A DNA stretch of 64,000 bases, from NCBI GenBank assembly GCA_028534125.1, contig CM052818.1:43402001-43466000 (forward strand). The letters run 5' to 3'. The notes under the pieces were generated by a model. The model saw only the letters and a program-made list of their open reading frames with translations. It was not told the origin of the DNA and searched no databases. Made by a program: the position numbers and the translations under genes. Below, piece after piece: positions 53,026 to 64,000 of this stretch; the first letter of the stretch is position 1, and the number at the start of each line of letters is the position of its first letter. This stretch comes from Lama glama. Lineage: Eukaryota.

Positions 53026-53769
53026 ATTCAAGCAAAGACACCAAGGTGCTGTTTATTCAATGGCCACAAATGTATGCACCTTTCTGTTTAAAAATAAAAG
53101 AAGCTAAAATATTTAGATAAAATCTACTATAAGAGAAGAACAGTTTCACTCAGTTGCTGCCTTTGATTTTGCTTTGTCTCCAATTATTATATTTCTTCTA
53201 AGTAACAGGTGATTTACTGCCTTTTTATTAATGGGCAAGTCATCTAAATGAGATATGCAGACAAGGCATAAAAACAGGGAGAAGAGCATTAATAGTGGTT
53301 TTACAATAGTGTCTGCTCAAATCCATTTTTCTTGATTGAATTTAAGTGTCATTATTTTAACATTTATATCCCAGGATATGAATGAATGTGTGTGTGGGTA
53401 AATAATCAGTTCCAGGAAGGACACATCAAAGCTCTGACACTACTCACTGTGACTAAATAATATGTTTGTAGTGTCACATGATGCGTTCCCAAATGTTGCT
53501 TCTCTCCCTGTTTATTAAAATGAATGATTTTTCTGAAACTCCTGAAACCAATCATAATGGGAATGATTTTGAGCTTGGATTTAATTCTCCGGTGACATAC
53601 ATCCAATCAGGGCAGTCTTCTAGGCTTTTCGGCTAAATAGTCATCAAAGTATTAAATAAATTAATCTAAGAAATAGTGTAAGTATCTACTACCTTATGAA
53701 CATTATGTCTGGAACAGACCAGAAACTTTTAGATATAGCAAAGGAAGAAATGGTGCCATCCATTTTCAA

Positions 53770-55860
53770 CATGTATAGAGCTATAGATTTTCACTCCATG
53801 CTTATAGCAAGAAAAAAAGCTAAATAAACTGAAAATCAGCGACTTTCCCCAGACCTATCAGAGAATTCCTATCAGCAGATGGATAAGTGAAATGAATAAA
53901 GATAATCAGAGGTGGAACAAAGGAATTAAGGCTATTCTCTACAAATGTATCTGTACTACTTGTGAACTGGTATAGAGTTATTTGAGAATAGAATTAGATA
54001 AGTTGTAAATGTATATGCAAACTCTAGGGCAACCAATAGGTTTTTTAAAAATGATTATAATTGATATGTTAAGAAAATGGAGAAAGTGGAATTATATAAA
54101 ATTCAATTAAGAAAAACAAAACAAGTGCAAAGAAAATAGTTATAAGTATGAAAGATAATAATCCAACTAAATCGTAATCACTTAAAATGTGAATGGTCTA
54201 CATTTACCAGTTAAGAAAACAAAGATTTTCGTAGTGGATCAAAAGGAAGACCCAACCAAATGCTGTCTCCAAGAAACCCACTTTATATATAAATACAGAG
54301 ATAAGATCAAAGTAAAAAGGGGGAGAAACAGATACCATGCTAACACCCATCAAAAGAAAGTGGAGTAACTCTGTTAATTTCAAACAAAGCAGACTTCAGT
54401 AAAAGAAAAGATACCGAATAAGGAGGAGGTATCCTATAATGTTAAAAGAGTCAGTCTCCCCAAAAGATATTCCAATTCTGAATATGTATGTACGCAGCAA
54501 CAGGGCATCAAAATACACAGGCAAAAACTGATAGAACTACAAACAGAAACATAAACTCACAACTACAGTTGAAGATTTCAGTATCCCTCTTTTAGAAGCT
54601 GGTATATCCAACAGGCAGAAAATCAGTAATGACATGGTTGAACCGCACAGCAATATCAATCAACCTGATGATACCGTGTTTATAAAATACTCCATCCAGT
54701 GACAGCATCACACACATTCTTCTTAAGTTGACATGGATCATTTATGATAGTCCACCTTCTGGGCCAAAAAACACATTTAAATAAATAAGACATATTAAAA
54801 ATAACAAAAATTATACAAAGCATATTTTTTGATTACAACAGAATTCTATATCAATAATTGAAAGATAGCTGAAAACCCCAACACATTGAAATTAAGCAAT
54901 ATACTTATAACTAAAAATGGGTTAAAGATAAATTCGCAAGAGAAGCTAAGACGTATTTTGAACTAAATGAAAATGAAAACATAATTTATCAAAATATTTG
55001 TTATGCAGAGAAAGAAGTGCTTTGAGGGAAATTTATGCAATTAAATGCATGTATTAGAAAAGAAGAAAGATCTAATTAATATTATAAGCATTTGCCTTTG
55101 GAGCCTAGAAAATAATAATATTAAGTTAAATAAAGTAGAAGAAAAGAAATAATAAAAACTAGAGCAGATATCTGCTACTTAATCTCATGGATATTAGAAG
55201 AATAATAAAGGAATATAAACAATTCTTTGTACACAGATTTGATAACTTAAGTGAACCAATTTCTTCTGAGATATAATCTACTGCACTTACAAATTATTAT
55301 TATCATCATCATCTTAGTAGGTTTATTAAAAAGCTAGATTTATAAAAAACTTGTTATCAATTAACAATAACCTTTCAACAAGGAAAGCCCAAGGGTCACA
55401 TGGTTAAACTGGTGAATGCTCTACATATTTAAGGAAGAAATGACACGGATTATCTACAATCTCTTCCACAAAACAAAAACACTGAAAATACTTCAAACCT
55501 TATTTTATGAGACCAGCATTACCCTAATACCAAAGCCAGATTATCACAATATAAGAAAGAAAAACACACCACACCAGTGTCTCTTATGAATATAACCTTC
55601 AACAAAATATTAGCAACATGAACCTAAAAAAAAAGGTGTAGAAATATTTACACGCCATGGCCAAGTGGAATTTATACCAAGTATATAAGGGTAGCTCAAC
55701 ATTTGAAAATCAGTTGAAATCCATCATATCAGCAAACTAAAAAAATAAAAACAAATCTTATCAATAGATGCAGGAAAAGCATTTGTCAAAGTCTAACACC
55801 CATTTATAATAGAAATAGAGGAAAACTTTCTCAATTTGATAAAGAATACCTATAAAAAAG
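53770..55860 (+). mobile_element. Old L1 with 5' end relic and decayed ORF2 endonuclease/RT region
   Basis: 'aatgtgaatggtcta' (NVNGL) and 'gacccaaccaaatgctgtctccaagaaacccacttt' (DPTKCCLQETHF) of the L1 EN domain; 'ttttatgagaccagcattaccctaataccaaagcca' (FYETSITLIPKP); 'tcaatagatgcaggaaaagcattt' (SIDAGKAF); many frameshifts. Confidence 0.9.
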
Positions 55861-56544
55861 TGAATAACAAGGATCTACTTTAGGGTCCACAGATGGCAAG
55901 CCTATAACAGGTGTGTGGATGGGTGTCTGCCACCCGTTTTCAATACTTGTAGAAAATGACAGTTTTATGCTTTTTAAATAACTTATTGAATGTGATATAA
56001 GAATGAGCCACCATTCAATATTTAATTAATAAATATAGCACCATTGTTCAGAGGAATTGTCTTAAAAGGATACATTTCTTTAAATTTTAGGTATCATACT
56101 TGGAAATGACTTACTTCCAGAATGGAAGATAGGGTTGTTGGAGGAAAGCCATTTAAAGAGCTGAGAGAGCAGAGTGGTGGAAATATAATTTACATTAATG
56201 ATTAAGACGGGTTGTTTTGTTAAGAGTGACCGTGACCCCATAAATAAAACTACTGAGAAGTGGAGTAAACTATCCTAGGAGATGCTGGAAAGCAGCGGCA
56301 ATGAAGGGTGGAAGGTGACAAATATGCTGATACCAGATTTCAAGTTAGTGGATTGAGGCAAAGAAGAACTGGTGGAGGGTTGAGCCCAGAAACAGCCACG
56401 TGGCACAAGAAGACAGCTTGCAGGATGGGAGGAGGTAGGGATAAAGGAGATAAAACAGCAGTCAGCTGAGATCCTGTCAGGAGAATCAGTGTCCTCAGGG
56501 AAAAGTCCCTCTTCTTTGACAGCAAAACCTAAAGAATTGCATTT

Positions 56545-56802
56545 ATTTTTTTTTTAATTCTCTACCCCTTTCTTGTACTACCTCCTTCCTTCTCCCCATT
56601 AGTAATCATTAGTTTGTTCTCTATATCTGTGAATTTGTTTCTGTTTTGCTATGATCATCTCTTTTATTTTTTTAGATTCCACACACAAGTGATACAGTAT
56701 TTGTCTTTTTCTATCTGACTTATTTCACTAAGCATAATACCCTCTAGGTTCATGTTGTTGCAAATGGTAAAATCTCATTATTTTTCATGGCTGAATAATA
56801 TA

Positions 56803-56874
<72 letters not shown>

Positions 56875-58080
56875 ACATCCCCACATCCTTTTTATTCAGT
56901 CATTTGTTAATGGATAATTAGGTTGTTTTCATATCTTGGATATTGTAAATAATGCTGCTATGAATATTGAGGTGCATGTATCTTTTCAAACTAGTGTTTT
57001 TATTTTCTTCAGATATATACCCAGGAGTGGAATTGCTGGATCATATGGTTCTTCTATTTTTAGTTTTTTGAGGGATTTCCATACTGTTTTGTACAGTGGC
57101 TGTATCATCAAAAGTGTACTTGGGTACCATTTCCTCCTCATCCTTGCCACCATTTGCTATTTATAGACATTTTGATGACAGTCATTCTGACAGATGTGAG
57201 ATGATATATATATCTCATTGTGGTTTTTATTTGCATATCTCTGATAATTAGTGCTGTGGAGCTTTTCAGGTACTTGTTGGCCATCTGTATGTCTTCTTTG
57301 GAAAAATATCTATTCAGATCTTCTGTTCATTTTTTGATTAGGTTGTTTTTTTGGTATTGATTTGTGAGAACTGTTTATGTAATTTGGAAATTAACCCCTG
57401 TTGGTTGTATAATTTGAAAATATTTTCTCCTATTCAATAGTCTTTCTTTTCATTCTGTTGATGGTTTCCTTTGTTATGCAGAAGCTTTTCAGTTTAATTA
57501 GGTCCCATTTGTTTATTTTCACTTTTGCTTTCTTTGCCTTAGGAGACAAATCCAAACATTTACTGCTATGATTGAGTCAGAGAGTGTTTTGCCTATGTTT
57601 TCTTCTAGGAGTTTTATGATTTCAGGTCTGACATCTAGGTCTTTACCTCATTTTGAGTTTATTTTTGTATGTAGTGTGAGAAAGTGTTCTAATTTCATTC
57701 TTTCACATGTAGATGTCCAGTTTTCCCAGAACCACTTATTGAAGATGTTGTCTTCTCCATTATGTGTTGTTGCTTCCTTTGTCATAATTAACTGACTGTA
57801 GTTGTGTGGGTTTATTATCAGGCTCTCTGTTCTGCTCCATTGAATTATGTGCCTGTTTTTGTGCCAGTACCATGCTGTTTTGATAACTGTAGCTTTTTGG
57901 TATAGCCTGAAATCAGGGAGCATGAACCTTCTAGCTTTGTTCTTTTTTTCTCAAGATTGCTATGGCAATGAGGGGAATTTGTGGTTCCATATAAATTTTA
58001 GAATTATTTGTTTTAGTTCTTTGAAAATTTTCATAGGTATTTTGATGGGGATTGTTTTAAATAAGTAAATTGCTTTTGGG
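56545..58080 (-). mobile_element. L1 (L1MA9/artiodactyl-type) 3' 1.5 kb
   Basis: Minus ORF 57648-57923 '[32 protein letters not shown]...[18 protein letters not shown]...HTKINSK' is clearly L1 ORF2p C-terminal sequence. Confidence 0.93.
56805..56872. repeat. (CA)34 perfect microsatellite
   Basis: 68 bp of uninterrupted CA inside the L1. Confidence 0.97.
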
Positions 58081-59694
58081 TCACTTGTAAGTGTTCTGAG
58101 GAATGACCATAAATTTTTGAAAGAGTTGAGAAAAGAGACTGAATAAGAACGTTAGGAGCCTTATAAGGACTAGAGTGTGAGAGCGAGCAGCGATCTGGGA
58201 TTCTGGATGTTGTTGCGGTGACTGAACAAGTTTAGAAAGGCCGAATGAGATTGCACCTGATGAATTCAAGGTGGATAGCTGTGGTGAGGCTGAGAATGAT
58301 GGGGTTAGGGAGGGGAAGGTTTCTCTACCTCAGACTTTATCTCTGATAAATATATACTGTGATTGTCAACTACACGTCTTAGTTAAGTCTTCCCAAAGGA
58401 CTATACTTTATTCTCAGAAAGTAAGTTTTCACATTGGTGCAAGGGAAGAAATATATCATGTGTGCCAAGCTCAGATAAGTAATCTTATCAAAAACTATGC
58501 CAGCTTCCTAGATTCTAATACTTTTAAAGAACAGAGGAGGTTCCACCATGCATGTGCACACACTCATGAGACGTAAGGTATCCCAAGGAATAGCATTGCA
58601 TAACTATCTAAAGAAAACTTCCCAGTGAGTGTTAAAAATGTGGAAATGGAGAATGAGTGACATAACCAATTTAAAAATAGCTAATTTTTCAAGTGCTTAA
58701 AATTAAATGGAAGATTTCTTTATTGGATTGTTCCCAATTTCCCATTCTATGCAGAGCATGTGATATAATTATGTGGTTAGGTGCTTAGGTCTATAATAAA
58801 AAATACATACATTTTACATTTTAAAATCAAGTAACAATTAAGCCATGTATTTCTTGCTACTATTACCTCTAGTATAATTGCTGGACTATTTTCAGGCCAT
58901 AAATAACTCTGCAATTACTTACGTGAGTTTTTTTTTTAATGGTCTATAGTCTACACGGTAACAATTACATTATTACAGAATAATTACATGAATTACTTTA
59001 TTTGTAATTGCCATAAAAAGACCTTATTCCAGCACTTTATTCAAAGCACAAAGACTAAATACAATATGCATGCTACTGAATAATTGATCCATTAGTAGAG
59101 AATTACACAATATTAAACCTTCATTTTTTATCATATATTTGAAGAAACACATATATGAGCCTCGGTGGGTCATTCGCATATGTTGTTCTTTTAATGCTTT
59201 AAAACATACTTGGTTAAATAGAAAAAGAAAATTTCTTAATCCATTATGTTATGATTTTCCTCTACGTGCCCCTTTGCAAGAAGGCTCTATAAAAAACTTT
59301 TAGTGAAGCATGAATGTAGTTTTAAGAACAAAATTATTAGAGACTTTGTGTTACAAAGAATAGGCTCCAAACAGTACATTTAAATGCTAAATATGACTAT
59401 GTTTAAAGAATTATTCAATAAACTAATTTCATTGGAACTTAGGAATACTTGAAGGAAGCTAATAAATATTATAATTTGGGGATTCAGTTCTACCAGAATC
59501 ATGAGCTAGATTGATTTTCATGATTTTTAGAAATCAATTGCGTCAATTAAATTGGAGATGTAATCAAATGACTAAGGTACATTGGAAGAGCTGCCATTTT
59601 TACCTCTCCTGAGCAGGTGTCATAATTTCTTTACCTACAGCACAGCAGATCCTTCACAAGAGAATCGTTTGCTCAGACTCTTCATTTACCATCC

Positions 59695-60094
59695 TGTTTA
59701 GGTATCTCAGTGCATAAAACTTCATGGTCAATGTAGTCCCCACCCCTCCCTTATCGTTGGCATATACATTCAGCCCACCATTCCCACAATGGGAGCTGTT
59801 CCAAGGATGCAGCCTTGAGAGAGTAAGGCGTTGTTAAGATCATCTGGACTGAATGCAAGACTAAATCCAGTTAAGACCTCTGTATACACTTTTAAGATGC
59901 TGGCGGGCAGGTGCAGAGATCTACTTGTCTTTCAATACCTAAGACAAGCCTTGTATGTAGGTTCCTTTGCTAATTAAGCCTGCCACCTGTCAGTCTGTGG
60001 TGGTCTGACCCTTTCTTTGGTCACTCCTTGCCCTCTGTGTACTGGGGCCGATTTCAGATTTCACCCAGAAAGCCCCTAAGGACGCCAACTGACA
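59695..60094 (+). mobile_element. Solo LTR, ERV-type (possibly MER74/MER73-like)
   Basis: GC-richer block with TG...CA ends, 'aaggatgcagccttgagagagtaaggcgttgttaagatcatctggac', degenerate polyA signal 'aattaagcctgccacc' followed by U5-like 'tctttggtcactccttgccctc'; no TSD seen. Confidence 0.6.
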
Positions 60095-60258
60095 GCAATG
60101 AGTGGCGTAGCCTTACTCCTTAGCATGCTTCCAGCTCTGACAGCATCTGAATATACTTACGTTACAGTGGCGACGTGGGACAGAAGGTCTGCCCAGAGAA
60201 AAGAGTCGGCCTTGGGTCATCTAGCATCAGACAGTTTGAGACAGTCTGAGAGGATAAC

Positions 60259-60655
60259 TGCGCTGCTTAATTTTATGTGTCAGCTTGACAGAGCCATGGT
60301 GCCTAGATATCTCATCAAACATTATTTTGGATGTTTCTGTAAGGGTGTTTTGGAGGAGATTTACATTTAGATCAGTGGACTTTGAATAAAGCAGATTCCA
60401 AAGTGCGAGTGGGCCTCTCATCTAATCAGTTAAAAGCCAGAATAGAACAAATGACTGAGATCTCCCCAGAAAACAGAGTCCTCTGGCAGATGGCCTTCAG
60501 AGTTCGTCTGTGAAGTCATCGTGCCAGGCTCCTCCATCGGATCCTGAACTCTCCAAGCCTCCACAATCGCACGAACCAATTCCTTAAAATAAATCTCTTC
60601 GCATATAGCCACGTTTTATTTGTTTTATTTCTCTGGAGAAACCTGAATGAGTACA
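60259..60655 (+). mobile_element. MLT2 (ERVL) solo LTR
   Basis: 'tgcgctgcttaattttatgtgtcagcttgac...aaacattattttggatgtttctgtaagggtgtttt...aaataaatctc...tctctggagaaacctga...taca'; 5-bp TSD ataac/ataaa (60254-60258 / 60656-60660). Confidence 0.88.
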
Positions 60656-60914
60656 ATAAAACAGTTTCAGTTCTCAGGACTGAGACTATATGAAAGCTGT
60701 TTACTAAACTAGGTTAAAAAAATAAAACAGAAAAATAGGAGTGTTGTGTGGATTGAGTGGATGGTGTGGAAGAAATGCTGAGGCTCAAAGTCTAGAGAAA
60801 TCTTGAGAAGCCAAGTGTCCATAAATATGTGTGTCTTGGGCTTATCATGACCTCATCAGGTCCTGGAGCCTTTTCCTACAGATTCAGCCTTGCCTTGACC
60901 ACAGCTAACCCTGA

Positions 60915-61400
60915 GCAGCACAAGGTACTCTTGCAGAGGTAACCTGACCTGAATCTAACCATGAGGAGACTTCAAACACACTTAAATTGGGAGACATCAT
61001 ACAAAATAACTGGCAAGTCATTTTCAAAGCTATCAGGGTCCAGAAAACCAAGGGAAAAAATGAAAAAAGAGATGAAAGAAACATAACATAAATGAAGAAA
61101 ATGCATTGCATGGTTTGAAATTAATTCCTTCTCTTACAAAATATACTATTAGAGCAACTGGTGAAACTTGAATGAAATCTGAGAAATAAATGGCAGCAGT
61201 GATTCACGGTCAAGTTCATGATTTAGAAAGCTAAGTTGAGGAGTTATAATAAAAAGTTCTTGTTTGTAGGAAAATATGTTAACATATTTGGTTGTGATGA
61301 GACACCATGCAGTCAGGCTATCACCAAATTGTTCATGCAGCTTTTGCCACTTGCAAATTATGCTTGCAACTTCTCAGTTAATTTGTAACTGTTTAACAAA
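60915..61400 (+). mobile_element. L1MC/L1ME-type 3'UTR
   Basis: 'acctgaatctaaccatgagga...aaattgggagacatcatacaaaataactgg...caactggtgaaacttgaat...tgcttgcaacttctc'. Confidence 0.75.
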
Positions 61401-61567
61401 ATAATTTTATTCTAAAAGATAAATATGTTTATAATGCTATGAGATGTAAAGAAAAATAAATAAACAGAAAAAACTATGACACTCTGAGATGGAAAAAAAA
61501 ATTGCCCAACATCACACAGTTCTAATCTTACTTTAAATAAGCAGTTGAGTTCTGTCATATCAAATTC

Positions 61568-61623
61568 TTTTTTTTTAACATTTTTTATTGAGTTATAGTC
61601 ATTTTACAATGTTGTGTCAAATT
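61568..61623 (-). mobile_element. 56-bp 5'-truncated young camelid L1
   Basis: T9 plus 'aacattttttattgagttatagtcattttacaatgttgtgtcaaatt'; TSD tgtcatatcaaattc (61553-61567) / tgtcagatcaaattc (61624-61638). Confidence 0.9.
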
Positions 61624-62149
61624 TGTCAGATCAAATTCCTGACCTGTGCATTGCAACCTGATGTAAAGAGAAAATACTTCTTCATGAAGAGTCTCTAAAC
61701 TTTCCTCTGGCTGAATCTAATCATGCAGATACATTTCAAAATGTAATTTCTACTGATTATTTGGTTATTTCTGATGATGTCTCTTTCTTCTAGTGAGACT
61801 CTGAGTCGTAGAGTTAGGCAGTGTACCCCTGAGTCCTTGTCAAATCGATTGCTCGTGGAAAAGATATAAAATGATGCCAACCATAGATCGCTTAACAATT
61901 AAATTATCTTCTAAAGTAAGCATGTAGAGTATGGATAGAGGACAATAAATATCAGAGTCCCTTCCTGGTGGTACCCCACACTCAGTGTGTGAGAGAGAGG
62001 CAGAAGCAGGGCGGTACAGATGACAGTGAAAAGCACTGTAATGAAGCTGGGTGAAACACGCAAGGACAGCTCAGAGTAGAAACTGTGGCTCCACCTGATG
62101 AAAGAAGTTTAAAGGTGCAGACATTTGAGCTAGGTCTTGAAAGGAGATT

Positions 62150-62330
62150 AAACTATGGATCTTAGAAACCTGAGTTCAGATTTCACCTCTGTACTTAGTA
62201 CCTATGTCCCCTTAGAAAAGTAACTTTATCTCACTGAAGCTTGGTCTATTTGAAGACCCATAGCAATTATTTTGAAGATTTTTTGAAACCAAGCCTGTGA
62301 AGGTTCCTAAGACAGTATAGTCACCAAACT
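62150..62330 (+). mobile_element. MIR SINE
   Basis: 'acctgagttcagatttcacctctgtacttagtacctatgtccccttagaaaagtaactttatctcactgaagc'. Confidence 0.65.
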
Positions 62331-62624
62331 AATTATATCTTAATATGAGGTGCCTCTGGGGGGAAAAAATGAAGCATTTGCAAAGTGTGAAGCTTAGAAA
62401 GAACCAGGGGTAAAGCAAAGAACATACACATAGCTGTTCTTAAGTTAATATGGATAAGGACAATGTCCCTGTTGCTGTTTGTACATATCTGCAGTCTTGG
62501 TAATGCACCACATCCCTAGACACTATGATTTCCTGAATGTGGGTCTGAATTTTTAAAATACCTTACAGGTAATTCTGACATATAGTGGTCATTATAGCTA
62601 CATTTAAAAAAAATCTCCTTAATG

Positions 62625-62830
62625 CTAGAGGCTTTGCATGCATGATTAGTAATTCTAACACACGAATCTGTAAAATAGGCATAGTTATCTTTATTTAAAA
62701 CATGAAAAAGACAGGGTCTCCAGGAGGTTAAGTACTTGTCCTTGGTCAGACAGATATTGAGAAGCTGGGGTTTCATTCTAGTTCTGTGTAACCACAAACA
62801 CTGGCAATTTTAATTCCACCTAACACTCTC
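62625..62830 (-). mobile_element. MIR SINE
   Basis: 'aaaagacagggtctccaggaggttaagtacttgtccttggtcagacag...gaagctggggtttcattctag'. Confidence 0.65.
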
Positions 62831-64000
62831 CAGCGATTAAATTTAACACATAATCCACAGAGAGGATTATAAAGTGAACCAGAATGGGGAGCAGAAAATA
62901 AATACTGACATTTCAGTGAATACAGTATTGATTATTAAGGAACCCATTCTGTGCTTTCAGATGAGCTGTTATGTATGCCAACAGATGTTTCTTCTTCACA
63001 AACCACATCAAAGAGACTGGAGATAATATATGCTAATTTCTCTAGTCTCTTATTTCACAGTTTCTGAAGGTGACCTTGTTAGTCGAACCCAAAATATGTC
63101 TATTTTTAAGTATATAACTTAAGAACTTACATTCAAATTAAGATAGTTATGTAATAAAAAGAAAGTCACACCTTATTTGCTTAAGATATGGTTTGCTTAC
63201 ACATAAGTTTAAACTATTTTTAGTACTCTCAATTTTATACTTGCATTTTTAGTTGAAACTATCAACAATATGTGGGTTGTGATTAATTTTTATGCAAAAT
63301 ATCTGGCATTTATTTCTCTAAATTTTTTATCATGGATAGGTAGTTGAGTTTTCAAATAGAATTTAATAAATATTTACAGTTTAAAAATATTTTTTCTAGA
63401 TTCCATGATAAACTGTTTTTGGTTTTCATCTTAAAATGCTTAACTTTCTAAAATCTGTAGTGTCTTCCTATTTATTGTCATAAACAAAAAATAGCGACAC
63501 AAAACTATAAGCATCAAATACTGTGACAGTGCCACGCTCAGCTGAGAACCCTGACCTCAGAGGTGGAGAGGTAAGGATCTCTGTTACATTCTCTGTCTCA
63601 AGGGAGCCCTACGTCTTGTTAACCCCACTCTTCTGAGAACTCAAGTATTTTAGGTTTAAAGATAGACATTCACTCTCAGTGTAGCTAAGTGCTCACTGAC
63701 CCCACTGCCATTCAATTGTCTTTCACATTTTGGGAGCTTGGATATTTCTATTCTTTTCTTGCAAACTCAGCCATGCATTGAAATGAATGTTTTACATTTT
63801 ATCCAGCTCTTCATATGTGTTTCTCTGAAGTGTTTACAGATTATCTGGTTTGTCACCATGTTGAAATGAAAGTGTGCCTCTTAGAATGAGTCTTTTGTGT
63901 ATGTATGTGCTTTGTCTCACATCTGCAGTCCGTGTTTCCCAATGGTAACCTCCAGGCAAGCAGTGTCTTCTCCACAGACATTCATTTATTCTTCTTATAT

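Noticed and set aside
57648..57923. 91-aa ORF with clear protein homology
   Set aside because: A fragment of L1 ORF2p in a decayed, truncated element, not a host gene.
1..64000. CRISPR array, operon, NUMT or endogenous viral coding sequence
   Set aside because: No regularly spaced repeats, no long ORFs, and no gag/pol/env, mitochondrial or other viral similarity that I could recognise; a sensitive TBLASTN was not possible.

Overview
AT-rich, repeat-dense mammalian genomic DNA with no recognisable protein-coding gene, structural RNA gene, CpG island or prokaryote-type system. A tRNA-derived Vic-1-type SINE (37138-37246) and young L1 3' tails (50987, 61568) point to a camelid (alpaca/llama/camel) assembly. 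A large share of the window is transposon relics: old L1M-type LINEs (mostly on the minus strand), MIR, L2, CR1/L3, solo LTRs (MER41-like ERV1, MLT1, MLT2, LTR16/LTR33-like) and MER2/MER20 DNA-transposon fossils. The ORFs in the track are chance ORFs or decayed L1 ORF2 pieces. The best-supported observations are structural: a 100-N gap bracketed by a target-site duplication (probably hiding a young L1), a 56-bp ultra-truncated L1 with a 15-bp TSD, nested insertions with TSDs, a foreign ~100-bp segment inside an L1 3'UTR, an L1 strand bias compatible with an intron of a + strand gene, and a homeodomain-motif cluster. I did not find a convincing novel biological system. Repeat family names come from recalled consensus sequences, not from a search, and boundaries without a TSD are approximate.
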